Source: Desulfovibrio sp. MES5 (GTDB lineage: Bacteria; Desulfobacterota; Desulfovibrionia; Desulfovibrionales; Desulfovibrionaceae). Taken from it: 64,000 nt of DNA. Position 1 is the first letter of the stretch, and every line of letters begins with the position of its first letter. Shown here piece by piece: positions 32,933 through 42,447 of the stretch. Made by a program: the position numbers and the translations under genes. The notes below the pieces were generated by a model that ran no database searches, was not told where the DNA came from, and saw nothing but the letters and a program-made list of their open reading frames with translations. The DNA is taken from the NCBI RefSeq assembly GCF_002237645.1, contig NZ_MJUZ01000016.1:15-64014 (forward strand), in the 5' to 3' direction.

Positions 32933-34318
32933 TCAGTTTTTCAGGCTGTGGATGGGGGCAGGAATACGGCCTCCCAGAGAGATGAAATCTTCGGCATTGC
33001 CGCCGGGCACGGGCATGATGGCGGCCTTGCCAAGCAACCCGCCAAAAGAGACCTCATCGCCAACGCCCTTGCCGGGCACGGGGATAAGGCGCACAGCCGT
33101 GGTCTTGTGGTTGATCATGCCGATGGCCATTTCATCGGCAATGATGCCGGAAATGGTGGCCGCCGGGGTGTCGCCGGGGATGGCGATCATGTCCAGCCCC
33201 ACGGAGCACACGCTGGTCATGGCCTCAAGCTTTTCAAGGCTGAGTATGCCCGCGGTGGCGGCGGCCTCAATGCTTGAGTCTTCAGACACGGGAATGAACG
33301 CGCCGGAAAGCCCGCCCACCGAGGATGAGGCAAAAGCCCCGCCCTTTTTCACCGCATCATTGAGCATGGCGAGCACGGCGGTGGTGCCGGGCGCGCCTAT
33401 GCTGGAAAGCCCGAGGCTCTGAAAAATCTCGCCCACAGAGTCGCCCACAGCCGGTGTGGGCGCAAGGGAAAGGTCGGCCACGCCAAAAGGGATGCCCAGA
33501 CGGGTGGCCACTTCGGTTCCGATCATTTCGCCCACGCGCGTCACCTTATAGGCAGTGCGCTTGATGACTTCGGCCATGTCCAGCAGGGTGAGGGGGCCGC
33601 CCTTTCCGTTATGGCCCGCCTCGCGGGCGCGGTCCAGAGCCTTTTTCACCACGCCGGGGCCAGAAACGCCCACATTGATGACCACATCGGGCTCCCCAAC
33701 GCCAAGATACGCGCCAGCCATAAAGGGCACGTCCTGCGGAATGTTGGCAAACACCACAAGCTTGGCGCAGCCAATGCCGCCGCGATCCGCCGTGGCTTCG
33801 GCCACCTTGAGGATCTGCCGGCCCATAAGAGCCACGGCGTCCATGTTGATGCCGCTGCGCGAGGAAGCCACGTTGATGGACGAGCAGATGCGGTCCGTCT
33901 GAGAAAGGGCTTCGGGCAGGGCTTCAATGAGGGCGCGGTCGCCTTTGGCAAAGCCTTTTTCCACCAGGGCGGTGAATCCGCCCAGAAAATCCACGCCCGC
34001 TTCCTTGGCGGCTTCGTCCAGAGCCTTGCACACGCGCACCATGCCGTCAGGGCCAAAGGGCGCGGCCACTACGGCTATGGGGCTGACGCTGATGCGCTTG
34101 TTGACCACGGGGATGCCGTATTTGTCGCCCACCTCGTCGCAGATGGCCACAAGCTGTGAGGCGTAGCGGCGCAGTTTGGCCCGCACGTTGGCGGTGAAAA
34201 GATCGAGATCATGGCTCACGCAATCAAACAGGCTCACGCCCAGGGTGACGGTGCGCACGTCAAGATGCTCGTTGCGGAGCATGTTCAGAGTGCTTATGAC
34301 TTCGCGTTCGGAAAGCAT
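32933..34318 (-). CDS. UPF0210 / DUF711 family protein
   Basis: 461 aa. N-terminus [30 protein letters not shown] and overall pattern typical of the PFL-like UPF0210 family. Confidence 0.82.
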   Translation of the reverse strand: MLSEREVISTLNMLRNEHLDVRTVTLGVSLFDCVSHDLDLFTANVRAKLRRYASQLVAICDEVGDKYGIPVVNKRISVSPIAVVAAPFGPDGMVRVCKALDEAAKEAGVDFLGGFTALVEKGFAKGDRALIEALPEALSQTDRICSSINVASSRSGINMDAVALMGRQILKVAEATADRGGIGCAKLVVFANIPQDVPFMAGAYLGVGEPDVVINVGVSGPGVVKKALDRAREAGHNGKGGPLTLLDMAEVIKRTAYKVTRVGEMIGTEVATRLGIPFGVADLSLAPTPAVGDSVGEIFQSLGLSSIGAPGTTAVLAMLNDAVKKGGAFASSSVGGLSGAFIPVSEDSSIEAAATAGILSLEKLEAMTSVCSVGLDMIAIPGDTPAATISGIIADEMAIGMINHKTTAVRLIPVPGKGVGDEVSFGGLLGKAAIMPVPGGNAEDFISLGGRIPAPIHSLKN

Positions 34319-34493
34319 GGCTATAATCCTGTATGGTTGCAGACGCTGTCTGGCAATAATTCTTGAACAACGGTTCCTGTGCGGACGCGCAACGGCCTTC
34401 GCCCAGGGGCATACCCTGATGCAGGGCCTGACTCCGGGTCATGCCCCGGGGCTGGACTCTGGAGCCCGACCTCCCGCGCCTGTTCAGCCTTCG

Positions 34494-35057
34494 CTAGAAG
34501 GAGCTGACGCGGTGAACGGCCTCGAAAATATCCCGGTGCTGCACGCTCACGCGCAAATCGCGGCTCTGCCCTTCACAGGAGAGTTCACGGCGCAGACGGC
34601 CAAGATCCACGGAGTCGGGAACCATGACCTCAAAAACAAAAAGGGCGTGGTTGGTTCCACCTTCGCCCAGAATGGCCTTGAGGCTTTCAATGTTCACGTC
34701 ATGACGGGCGAATACGCGGCTCATGGCCGCGATGAGGCCGGGTTTGTCCGGTCCGTCGGCAGTGACCACAAAGGGTTCGCAGTGCAGGTCCTGCCCCCAT
34801 TGCCCCTTGATGGCGGGACGCACCAGCACAGACAGGTCAACCTTGGCTTCGGCCAGGCTGGCGCTGAGATTCTGGCGCAGATTCTCGGCATCTGTCCCGT
34901 CAGGAGCCGCCACCACAAATATGGCGGCAAACTCTCCGGAAAGTATGGTCTGGGTCACTTCTTCGATATTGCAGCCGTTTTCTTCAAGAATACGACTGAC
35001 AGCGGCTACAACGCCGGGGCAGTCGCGCCCCAAAAATGAGGCAGTATACTTGTGCAT
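34494..35057 (-). CDS. Tandem ACT-domain protein (GcvR/UPF0237-like)
   Basis: AAGGA SD before ATG 35057. Two ACT-like units (GRDCPGVVAAVSRILEENGCNI and GPDKPGLIAAMSRVFARHDVNI). Confidence 0.78.
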   Translation of the reverse strand: MHKYTASFLGRDCPGVVAAVSRILEENGCNIEEVTQTILSGEFAAIFVVAAPDGTDAENLRQNLSASLAEAKVDLSVLVRPAIKGQWGQDLHCEPFVVTADGPDKPGLIAAMSRVFARHDVNIESLKAILGEGGTNHALFVFEVMVPDSVDLGRLRRELSCEGQSRDLRVSVQHRDIFEAVHRVSSF

Positions 35058-35264
35058 GAGGTAATCCTTGCGGAAATATACCGCGGGCAGAGCCGTGCGG
35101 ATGTTGTCACGGAAAGCACTGCTATATACGCAACCACCGCGAACTTCAAGGGGCAACAGGCTCCACGGGCGGCTGAAAAGCATTGGGCACGCCGTCCTTG
35201 ACGCCTTTCAGTGAATGGCATACCCTTACAATCCTTTAAGACTAGGCATCTCAGGAGTTTCTCA

Positions 35265-36851
35265 GTGGAAAATCGGGAAAAGAAGATTAAAAAGCCTACT
35301 ATCAAACTAGGCACCAAGTCGCAGCACGCGGGCTATTTCATGCCCATGTTGGAAAGCTTTGCCAGCCGCGAAGGACTTAATGAAGTCGTAAAAAACCGCG
35401 TGGTCAAATCCTGCGATCTGCTGGATGCGGGCGTGCCCCTCTTTCCCAATGATTTTCGAAAAGAGCACTCCATCTCCTGGGTACTGGACAAATTTGGCGA
35501 CCTGGAGGGCGAAGCCCTTGAGAGCCAGGAAGACGTCGTTGCCATTGCCGGGCGCATTGTTTCGTTGCGCTCCTTCGGCAAGGTGGCCTTCTTCCATATA
35601 ATGGACCAGACGGGCCGCGTGCAGTGCTACGCCGCGCGCGAACACCTGGACGAAGCGACGCACAATCTGGTGAAAAAACTGGATATTGGCGATATCGTCG
35701 GTGTTTCCGGGCATCTGTTCCGCACCAAGACGGGCGAACTGACCATTGCCTGCCGCAACATCAAGCTCATCACGCGTTCCCTGCGCCCCCTGCCCGAAAA
35801 ATACCACGGGCTCAAGGATATGGAAACGCGCTACCGCCAGCGCTATGTGGACCTTATCGTCACGCCGCGCGCCCGCGAGATATTCTTCAAGCGCAGCCTT
35901 ATCGTGCGCGAGTTCCGCCGCTTTATGGAAGACCGGGGCTTTATGGAAGTGGAAACGCCCATGATGCAGCCCCTGGCAGGCGGCGCAGCCGCCCGCCCCT
36001 TCAAGACGCATCACAACGCGCTGGATATCGGCCTCTACATGCGCATCGCGCCGGAGCTGTATCTCAAGCGTTTGCTGGTGGGCGGCTTTGAAAAGGTTTT
36101 TGAGCTCAACCGCAACTTCCGCAATGAGGGCATCGACACGCGGCACAATCCAGAATTCACCATGTGCGAATTCTACTGGGCCTACGCCACGTTTGAAGAC
36201 CTCATGGATTTGACCGAACAGCTTTTTGCCCATCTTGCCCAATGCGCGTGCGGCTCCACCGTGGTGCCCTATCAGGGGGATATGATCGACCTTACGCCCG
36301 GCAAGTGGACGCGCATGAGCTTCTACGATTCGCTCACCGTCATTGGCGGGCATCAGCCTGAGTTCTACAACGATTACAGTCGTGTGCAGAACTATATCCG
36401 GCAGAAGGGCGAAAAGGCCGCAGACAGCGAAAGCCTGCAGAAACTGCACGCCAAGCTTTTTGACCTTGACGTTGAAGGCAAGCTTATCCAGCCGCACTTC
36501 ATCTACCATTACCCCACGGAAATCTCGCCGCTGTCGCGCCGTAGCGACAAAAACCCCGGCCTCACCGACCGTTTTGAGCTTTTCATCACTGGCCGCGAGC
36601 TTTCCAACGCTTTTTCCGAACTCAACGATCCCGTTGACCAGCGCCTGCGCTTCGAAGAGCAGGTGCGCGAAAAAGAAGCCGGTGACGATGAAGCCCACAA
36701 CATGGACGAAGATTACCTGCGCGCCCTTGAATACGGCATGCCCCCGGCTGCCGGTCAGGGCGTGGGCATTGACCGGCTGGTCATGCTGCTGACGGATTCG
36801 GCCTCCATCCGCGAGGTTATCCTCTTCCCCCTGCTGCGGCCCGAGATTTAG
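35265..36851 (+). CDS. lysS: Lysyl-tRNA synthetase, class II
   Basis: Class II motifs (FRNEGIDTRHNPEFTMCEFY; GQGVGIDRLVMLL) and an OB-fold anticodon-binding N-domain. Start set at GTG 35265, 7 nt after AGGAG; the alternative ATG 35340 is also possible. Confidence 0.92.
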   Translation: MENREKKIKKPTIKLGTKSQHAGYFMPMLESFASREGLNEVVKNRVVKSCDLLDAGVPLFPNDFRKEHSISWVLDKFGDLEGEALESQEDVVAIAGRIVSLRSFGKVAFFHIMDQTGRVQCYAAREHLDEATHNLVKKLDIGDIVGVSGHLFRTKTGELTIACRNIKLITRSLRPLPEKYHGLKDMETRYRQRYVDLIVTPRAREIFFKRSLIVREFRRFMEDRGFMEVETPMMQPLAGGAAARPFKTHHNALDIGLYMRIAPELYLKRLLVGGFEKVFELNRNFRNEGIDTRHNPEFTMCEFYWAYATFEDLMDLTEQLFAHLAQCACGSTVVPYQGDMIDLTPGKWTRMSFYDSLTVIGGHQPEFYNDYSRVQNYIRQKGEKAADSESLQKLHAKLFDLDVEGKLIQPHFIYHYPTEISPLSRRSDKNPGLTDRFELFITGRELSNAFSELNDPVDQRLRFEEQVREKEAGDDEAHNMDEDYLRALEYGMPPAAGQGVGIDRLVMLLTDSASIREVILFPLLRPEI

Positions 36852-36878
36852 AGCAATATAACTTTTACATTGCTCTAA
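36848..36878. repeat. TTAGAGCAAT...ATTGCTCTAA hairpin overlapping the lysS stop codon
   Basis: 10-bp stem with 11-nt loop. Shares the TTTAGAGCA/TGCTCTAA arms with elements at 10222, 51381 and 55138. Confidence 0.7.
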
Positions 36879-37043
36879 TCGCGCTCTGGCCGCTGCGTGA
36901 GCAGGCGTTCGCCACGGAGGCGTAAGCGCAGTTTATCTGCGCGGTTAAACGCCGTAGTGGGCGTGCATTAAACTTTGAGAATATATATTCTCAAAGGTAA
37001 TCTGCGCGAGGCCCGAGCCCACCATCACGATTTTGCCTAATTC

Positions 37044-37075
37044 AAGAGGGCCGTTCCTTTGGGAACGGCCCTCTT
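37044..37075. terminator. Strong hairpin between convergent lysS and napH (possible bidirectional terminator)
   Basis: 14-bp perfect stem AAGAGGGCCGTTCC / GGAACGGCCCTCTT with TTTG loop. No T-run. Enclosed by a second inverted repeat GCCCACCA(TC)ACG / CACGTGGTGGGC. Confidence 0.5.
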
Positions 37076-37283
37076 CACGTGGTGGGCACGCCTTTACGGC
37101 TCGTGCGTTTTTAGATCCGAATAATGTTGAAATAGTACATTTCAATTTTCAATTGAACGGGTAGCTGCTGACGCGTGAAGCCCGCGCTTGCATCTGCACG
37201 CCTAATGTCCGCTCACACAGCGCCGGGGCGCTTCGCCGCAAAAAGCCTCACAAACGAGCGGGCAAACAGCCAGAGAAACACGC

Positions 37284-38153
37284 TCAGTCTTCGGGCCGTC
37301 CGTGCTGCCTGTGAAAAACCTTCCATCCCAGCGCCCCGCCCCGGCTTTCACAGGCTCGCAGGCATTCGCCGCAAACCGTGCAGTCCCGGCGTTCCGGCCC
37401 GTCCGGCCGTCTGGGGTTGAGTTGCAGCGGGCAGGCGACCCTGCACGGCGCTTCTCCCCGGCAACTGCAGTGCGCGGCAGTCCAGCCAATGCGCAGACCC
37501 GGCGCTTTTGCGGGCAGACAGCGGGCCGCCGTCCCCAACAGCACGGATTGCGGGCAGACATACCGGCACCACAGCCGCCTGCCGCTTATCACTTCCAGCG
37601 CCAGCGCCGCTGCGGGCAGAGCCAGCGCCGACAGCAGAAACAACACTCCCGCGCCCTGCCAAACCAGCACGGGAACCAGAGAAAGTTCACCGGGCATGCC
37701 CAGCACATTGAGAACCGGATATTCCAGCAAAATGACCAGAGACAGTCCCGCCACGAGTATAAAACCCTTGGCGGCAAAGGCCAGGGCATGCTTCGCGGAG
37801 GCTGTTTCACGCTTTGGCGCGGCCTTGGACCGGGGCCACCGGGCGGCCACCCCATACAGCAGTTCGGACAAAAAGCCGTACGGGCACACCCAGGAGCAGA
37901 ATACCCGTCCCAAAAACAGGGCCAGAATCAGGGAGCAGACCGCGCCCCACAGCAGGGCCCCGGCGGTCATCATTCCCTCTGCCGCCACCTGCAGGGCGGC
38001 CACAGGATCGGCAAAGGGAAGTCCGAAAAAATGCAGGGAAAAAAGACTGCCCCTGATCTGCCCAAAGCCCGCCGCAGTGATCCAGGGCAGCATGCAGAAC
38101 AGCACAAGAACAGACAGCTGTGCGCACCGACGCGCCAGAGTGTACCATTTCAT
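37284..38153 (-). CDS. napH: NapH-type membrane-bound iron-sulfur quinol dehydrogenase subunit
   Basis: Four TM helices, two CxxCP motifs (CSWVCPYG, CRYVCPQS) and two C-terminal 4Fe-4S motifs. ATG 38153 overlaps the napG stop (ATGA). Confidence 0.85.
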   Translation of the reverse strand: MKWYTLARRCAQLSVLVLFCMLPWITAAGFGQIRGSLFSLHFFGLPFADPVAALQVAAEGMMTAGALLWGAVCSLILALFLGRVFCSWVCPYGFLSELLYGVAARWPRSKAAPKRETASAKHALAFAAKGFILVAGLSLVILLEYPVLNVLGMPGELSLVPVLVWQGAGVLFLLSALALPAAALALEVISGRRLWCRYVCPQSVLLGTAARCLPAKAPGLRIGWTAAHCSCRGEAPCRVACPLQLNPRRPDGPERRDCTVCGECLRACESRGGALGWKVFHRQHGRPED

Positions 38154-38674
38154 ACGCCGCTCCCTGGTGCATCCAGCGTCGGCACGGCGGAAAGAGGCCT
38201 GCGGTGAGAAGAGGCGGGCCATACCTCCACCGCCTGCACGGGGCACACGTATTCGCAGATGCCGCAGCCGACGCAGGCCTTGGTTATGGCCGGCACCACC
38301 CCGCCTGAAAGAACCACGGCCGAACCGCGCAGGGGGCAACGGTCATAGCAGGTCATGCACATGACGCCGTTGGTATAGTTATGACATCGGTCTTTCAGTA
38401 TGTAGGCCCGCCCCATTCCGGCGTGCGCCATGTCCGTGACGGCGGGGTTCAGCGCGCCGGACGGGCAGACAGGCGGGCACTTCATGCAAAGATAACAGGG
38501 CGTTTCGCGTGGCACGACACGCGGCGTCCGGCGCGAGCGCCCGAAGCCGTCCATAAGTTCCAGACTCTTGTGCGGGCATACGGTCACACATTGCCCGCAG
38601 CGCACGCACTGGCGCAAAAAATCTTCTTCCGCCGCCGCGCCGGGCGGTCGCAGCGGCGGAAGAAGCAGGCTCAT
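38150..38674 (-). CDS. napG: NapG-type four-cluster ferredoxin (no recognisable Tat signal)
   Basis: Four Cys clusters: CVRCGQCVTVCP, CYLCMKCPPVCP, C..CMTCYDRCP, CVGCGICEYVCP. Start overlaps the napD stop. Confidence 0.85.
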   Translation of the reverse strand: MSLLLPPLRPPGAAAEEDFLRQCVRCGQCVTVCPHKSLELMDGFGRSRRTPRVVPRETPCYLCMKCPPVCPSGALNPAVTDMAHAGMGRAYILKDRCHNYTNGVMCMTCYDRCPLRGSAVVLSGGVVPAITKACVGCGICEYVCPVQAVEVWPASSHRRPLSAVPTLDAPGSGV

Positions 38675-39000
38675 TGGAGCCCTCCCTCACCCACGCCTTC
38701 CACCACCAACGACGGCCCATGTCCTTTGGGCCGATGCGGCGGGCAAGGCATGTGCCCGGTGCTGTCCATATCATCCTCATAGTTGATAAAGGCCACGTCG
38801 AGAGCCAGCACGTAGGGAAGCCCGCTCACGTATTCCAGATATCCCTGCAGGGTCTGAGACGGGCTTTCCAGCACAACGGCCAGTTTGTCCGCTTCCGGCA
38901 CTTCCTGCACGTCCAGCACGCCCCTGGTCGCCCGCAGCTCGCTGCACAAGGGCAACAGGTGTTCACGCAGAGAACTGACCACGATTCCCGCTATAGCCAT
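38671..39000 (-). CDS. napD: NapD-like NapA maturation chaperone with C-terminal extension
   Basis: MAIAGIVVSSL...KLAVVLESPS...GVL-type ferredoxin-like fold pattern. Positioned directly after napA (8-nt gap). Confidence 0.7.
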   Translation of the reverse strand: MAIAGIVVSSLREHLLPLCSELRATRGVLDVQEVPEADKLAVVLESPSQTLQGYLEYVSGLPYVLALDVAFINYEDDMDSTGHMPCPPHRPKGHGPSLVVEGVGEGGLQ

Positions 39001-39008
39001 ATGCCCCC

Positions 39009-41276
39009 CTATGCCTTGCGAATGCGCGCGGCGCATATTTTGTATTCAGGCTCACGCGATACCGGATCGGTGGCATCCAGAAAAAGCTTGTTCACCAGTT
39101 TTTTGGGATCAAAAAACGGAACAGCCACAAGGCCAGGCCGACAGACGTCGCTTACCCGCGCTGGCAGCTCCATGGCGTCACGCCGCGTCTCCACAATGAC
39201 ATTATCGCCGTGCTTGATGCCAGACATTGCCGCGTCTTCTTCATTTATTTCCACAAAAGCGGCCGGATTGGCCTTTTGCAGTTCGGGCACCTTTCCCGTC
39301 ATGGTGGCCGTATGCCAATGGTCAATGACGCGCATGGACGTAAGATACAGAGGGTAGTCGGCATCCGGCTCCTCGGCCGCGCCCTTGGCCGGGCGCATCC
39401 AGATCACGGCCTTGCCGTCGGGCTTGCCGTAAAAGAAAAACCGGTCCGGGTGGTCTGCCGGGACGCACGGATCCTGCCCGCGCACATAGCGCAGGGACGT
39501 TCCGGGGTGGTCCTCGCTGGGGCAGGGCCAGATCAGACCGGATTCCTTGCGCAGGCGATCCCGTGTCATGCCGGAGAAATCATAGGTGGTTCCCTTGGAG
39601 ACCATGCGCCATTCGTTCCAGACGTCCTCGGCGTTGTTGAAGTTCACAAGCTTGGGGTCCACGCCCGCGCGCTTGGCGAACTCCACCAGGGTATTGACCG
39701 TAGCGCGGCACTGGGCCGGAGGCTCCACGGCCTTTTCGATGAGCGAATAGCGACGCTCGCCGCAGCCGTACACGCCGTCGCGCTCGCACCAGAAAGCCGG
39801 GGCAAGCACAAGGTCGGCATACTGCAGCGTGACCGCATCGGGAAAGGCCTCAATGCTGACAAGGAAGGATTCGGGGTTGGACATGGCCTTGTGCACCTTG
39901 TTCAGATTGGGCAAGGTGTGGGCCGGGTTTGTCTCGCATATGATCATGCACTTCACGTCGCCCCTGCCAAGAGCCTCGAACAGGGCCACCGTGTGGTACC
40001 CCGGTTCGGGCGCGATGCGTCCTTCGGGCAGGCCCCACAGCTTTTCCATTTCAGCCCGGTTTTTGGGATTGGGGATGGCCCGCCCGGCGGGCAGCAGATG
40101 CGAAAGCGCCCCGCTGTCGCGGACGCCGCCGCAGGCGTTGGGCTGCCCGGTAAGCGAAAACGACGTGGCCCCGGGGCGGCATATCTGCCCGGTGAGCAGG
40201 TGCAGGTTATGGATGAGATTGTTGGCAAAAACGCCCTGCACACGCTGATTGATGCCCATGCACCAAAGGCTCATGGTGGCGGAGGATTCGGCAAAGGCGC
40301 GGGCGGCCCCGTAAATCTGCTCAACCGGCACGCGGCATATTTCCGCAACCTTCTCAGGCCGGTAGTTTTCAAGAAAAGCCTTGTAGCCTTCAAAATCCGA
40401 AGGCTTGCCTTCGGCATCCATAAAGGAGACGTACCGCTGCCAGAAGCGCGGGCTGTCCAGCTCTTCATTGATGATGACCCAGGCCATGCTGTGCATGAAG
40501 GCCAGATCCGTGCCCGGACGAAAAGCGATGTGCATGTCCGCTATGCGTGAGGTATTGGTGCGGCGCGGGTCGGCCACAATGATCTTCACGCCCGGCTCCA
40601 CCTGCTTGCGGCGGGCTATGCGGCGAAAAAGCACCGGATGGGCCTCGGACGTGTTGGACCCGATGATGAAGAAACAGGTGGCCTGGTCCATGTCGGCATA
40701 GGTGCCCATGGGCTCATCCTTGCCGAAGGTGGTCACATAGCCGCCAACGGCTGATGCCATGCACAGGCGGGGGTTGCCGTCCACATTGTTGGTGCCGAAC
40801 CCGCCCTTGAAAATCTTGTTGGCCAGATAGCTTTCTTCCGTGAGGCACTGCCCGGAGCCATACCACGCCACGGAGTTGGGCCCGTAGGTGTCTATGCTGT
40901 GACGGAACTTTGCGGCCATGAGGTTGAGGGCCTCGTCCCAGCTCACGGGTTCGAGCTTGCCGCCCTTCTGGCGGCGCAGCATGGGCTGCGTCACTCTTTC
41001 TTTGGAATTGAGCACGGGGATGAGCAGCGACCCCTTGAGGCACAGAAGGCCCGCGTTATGGTTGTTGGGGTCGCCCTGAATGGCGACGGCCTTGCCGTCC
41101 TTGACGCCCACAAGAACCCCGCAGCCCGTGCCGCAATACCGGCAGACGCCCTTTACCCATTTTTCGGGCTTGTTGTCGGCCGCATGGGCCAATGTGCTCA
41201 GTCCCGTGCCGGAAGCCGCGGCCATGGCGGCCGACATGGCAAAATATTTCAGAAAATCACGACGTGAAGTACTCAT
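39009..41276 (-). CDS. napA: Periplasmic nitrate reductase catalytic subunit NapA (Mo-bisMGD, 4Fe-4S)
   Basis: Tat signal MSTSRRDFLKYF...AHA, N-terminal CRYCGTGCG cluster motif, about 755 aa of molybdopterin oxidoreductase pattern. GAGG SD before ATG 41276. Confidence 0.95.
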   Translation of the reverse strand: MSTSRRDFLKYFAMSAAMAAASGTGLSTLAHAADNKPEKWVKGVCRYCGTGCGVLVGVKDGKAVAIQGDPNNHNAGLLCLKGSLLIPVLNSKERVTQPMLRRQKGGKLEPVSWDEALNLMAAKFRHSIDTYGPNSVAWYGSGQCLTEESYLANKIFKGGFGTNNVDGNPRLCMASAVGGYVTTFGKDEPMGTYADMDQATCFFIIGSNTSEAHPVLFRRIARRKQVEPGVKIIVADPRRTNTSRIADMHIAFRPGTDLAFMHSMAWVIINEELDSPRFWQRYVSFMDAEGKPSDFEGYKAFLENYRPEKVAEICRVPVEQIYGAARAFAESSATMSLWCMGINQRVQGVFANNLIHNLHLLTGQICRPGATSFSLTGQPNACGGVRDSGALSHLLPAGRAIPNPKNRAEMEKLWGLPEGRIAPEPGYHTVALFEALGRGDVKCMIICETNPAHTLPNLNKVHKAMSNPESFLVSIEAFPDAVTLQYADLVLAPAFWCERDGVYGCGERRYSLIEKAVEPPAQCRATVNTLVEFAKRAGVDPKLVNFNNAEDVWNEWRMVSKGTTYDFSGMTRDRLRKESGLIWPCPSEDHPGTSLRYVRGQDPCVPADHPDRFFFYGKPDGKAVIWMRPAKGAAEEPDADYPLYLTSMRVIDHWHTATMTGKVPELQKANPAAFVEINEEDAAMSGIKHGDNVIVETRRDAMELPARVSDVCRPGLVAVPFFDPKKLVNKLFLDATDPVSREPEYKICAARIRKA

Positions 41277-41431
41277 GTGTTCAACCTCGCTATTAAGCTG
41301 GCGTAAGGGTCCGTTGCGTCCCAAAGCGCCCTGCCCTCTTCACGAAGACCGGGCCATGGCTGCCGTTAAGGCTGGCGCTGAAAACCGGGGCAATCCCCTG
41401 TGTCTGCCGCAGTCAGCCTTGCCGGTTTGCA

Positions 41432-41878
41432 TCACAGGTCCGTCTTGTTGGAAGGCATGCGATATTCATAAGCCCGGCCATGCAGGGGGCTCTGATGATA
41501 GGGATGGCAGCTCACGCAGTCGTCACGCTTGCCGAACTTGGCTTCCATGCGCTGGATGGAAAGCGAGTGGCAGCGCGCGCACACCTCGACGCCGGGCTTG
41601 CGCGCAAAGGGGATGGCCCCCTTGCCGTCAGGCATGCCGTGGCAGGTCTGGCAGCGCACCAGGGTGACGCCGTGCTTGCTCTCATACCACTCCTGGGCCA
41701 GGCGCGGCGTGCTCTTGGCATGGCAACTGTAGCAGTCCCCTTCCATCTTGGGCGCGGCAAGGTGTTTGGCCGCCTCGCAGCGCTCGCCCGGGAAGGCCCA
41801 GGCCATATAGCCGAAATAGCCGCCCGCAAGCACCAGCAGGGCCAGCAGGGAACCGATCAGGATCTTACAGGACTTCAT
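41432..41878 (-). CDS. napM: Membrane-anchored tetrahaem c-type cytochrome (NapM-like)
   Basis: Four CxxCH motifs (CYSCH, CQTCH, CARCH, CVSCH) and an N-terminal TM/signal anchor. Sits between napC and napA. Confidence 0.8.
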   Translation of the reverse strand: MKSCKILIGSLLALLVLAGGYFGYMAWAFPGERCEAAKHLAAPKMEGDCYSCHAKSTPRLAQEWYESKHGVTLVRCQTCHGMPDGKGAIPFARKPGVEVCARCHSLSIQRMEAKFGKRDDCVSCHPYHQSPLHGRAYEYRMPSNKTDL

Positions 41879-42447
41879 GGCCGGATCTCCTTGATTTTCT
41901 GAGCGAACGTGTGGTTGGCGGGTATGCGTTCGTCAAACACGGGCAGGTGGGCAAGATTGCGGTGACACCCCACGCAACCGCTGCGGGACTGACCGTTCTT
42001 GCCCTCATAGTTTTCGTGCGCCAGTCTGCCCTCTTCAGAGACAGGCCCGTCGTTTTTGGCGTTTTTTGTCAGGTTTTGATGACAGGCCCTGCAATTGGCG
42101 TCATCGGTGAAGCGGCGGGCCACAGGCTGCATGGCCGCCCTGTTAAGGTCAGTGCCGCCATCAACGGAGTGCACCCACACATCCTTGATGCCCAGCCACG
42201 CCTTGGCGCCGAGCATGCGGGCGATATTGCCCGAAGGGATGTGACACTGCCTGCAGCCAATGGCCTGGCCCTGCGCGTCCTTGGCATGTGATGAAAAACG
42301 CATCTCTTCCTGATAAACGCGCATTTCATGACAGGAAAGGCAAAAGTCCGTACTGGAGGTGTACGCCACTCCGCCGCCAGCCAGAGCCACACATGCCACA
42401 AAAATTACGCAGCCTATGATCCAGACGCGCTTTCGTGGATAGGGCAT
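41875..42447 (-). CDS. napC: NapC/NirT-family tetrahaem quinol dehydrogenase
   Basis: N-terminal TM helix and four CxxCH motifs (CLSCH, CRQCH, CRACH, CVGCH). Its stop overlaps the napM start (ATGA). Confidence 0.9.
   Translation of the reverse strand: MPYPRKRVWIIGCVIFVACVALAGGGVAYTSSTDFCLSCHEMRVYQEEMRFSSHAKDAQGQAIGCRQCHIPSGNIARMLGAKAWLGIKDVWVHSVDGGTDLNRAAMQPVARRFTDDANCRACHQNLTKNAKNDGPVSEEGRLAHENYEGKNGQSRSGCVGCHRNLAHLPVFDERIPANHTFAQKIKEIRP

Noticed and set aside
35307-36698. 463-aa ORF antisense to lysS
   Set aside because: Same artefact. The plus strand carries class II aaRS motifs 2 and 3, and the antisense translation is low-information.
39210-40550. 446-aa ORF antisense to napA (and several shorter ones, 39580-41267)
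   Set aside because: napA on the minus strand has a Tat signal, an Fe-S motif and full-length molybdoenzyme similarity. The antisense ORFs are high-GC read-throughs.
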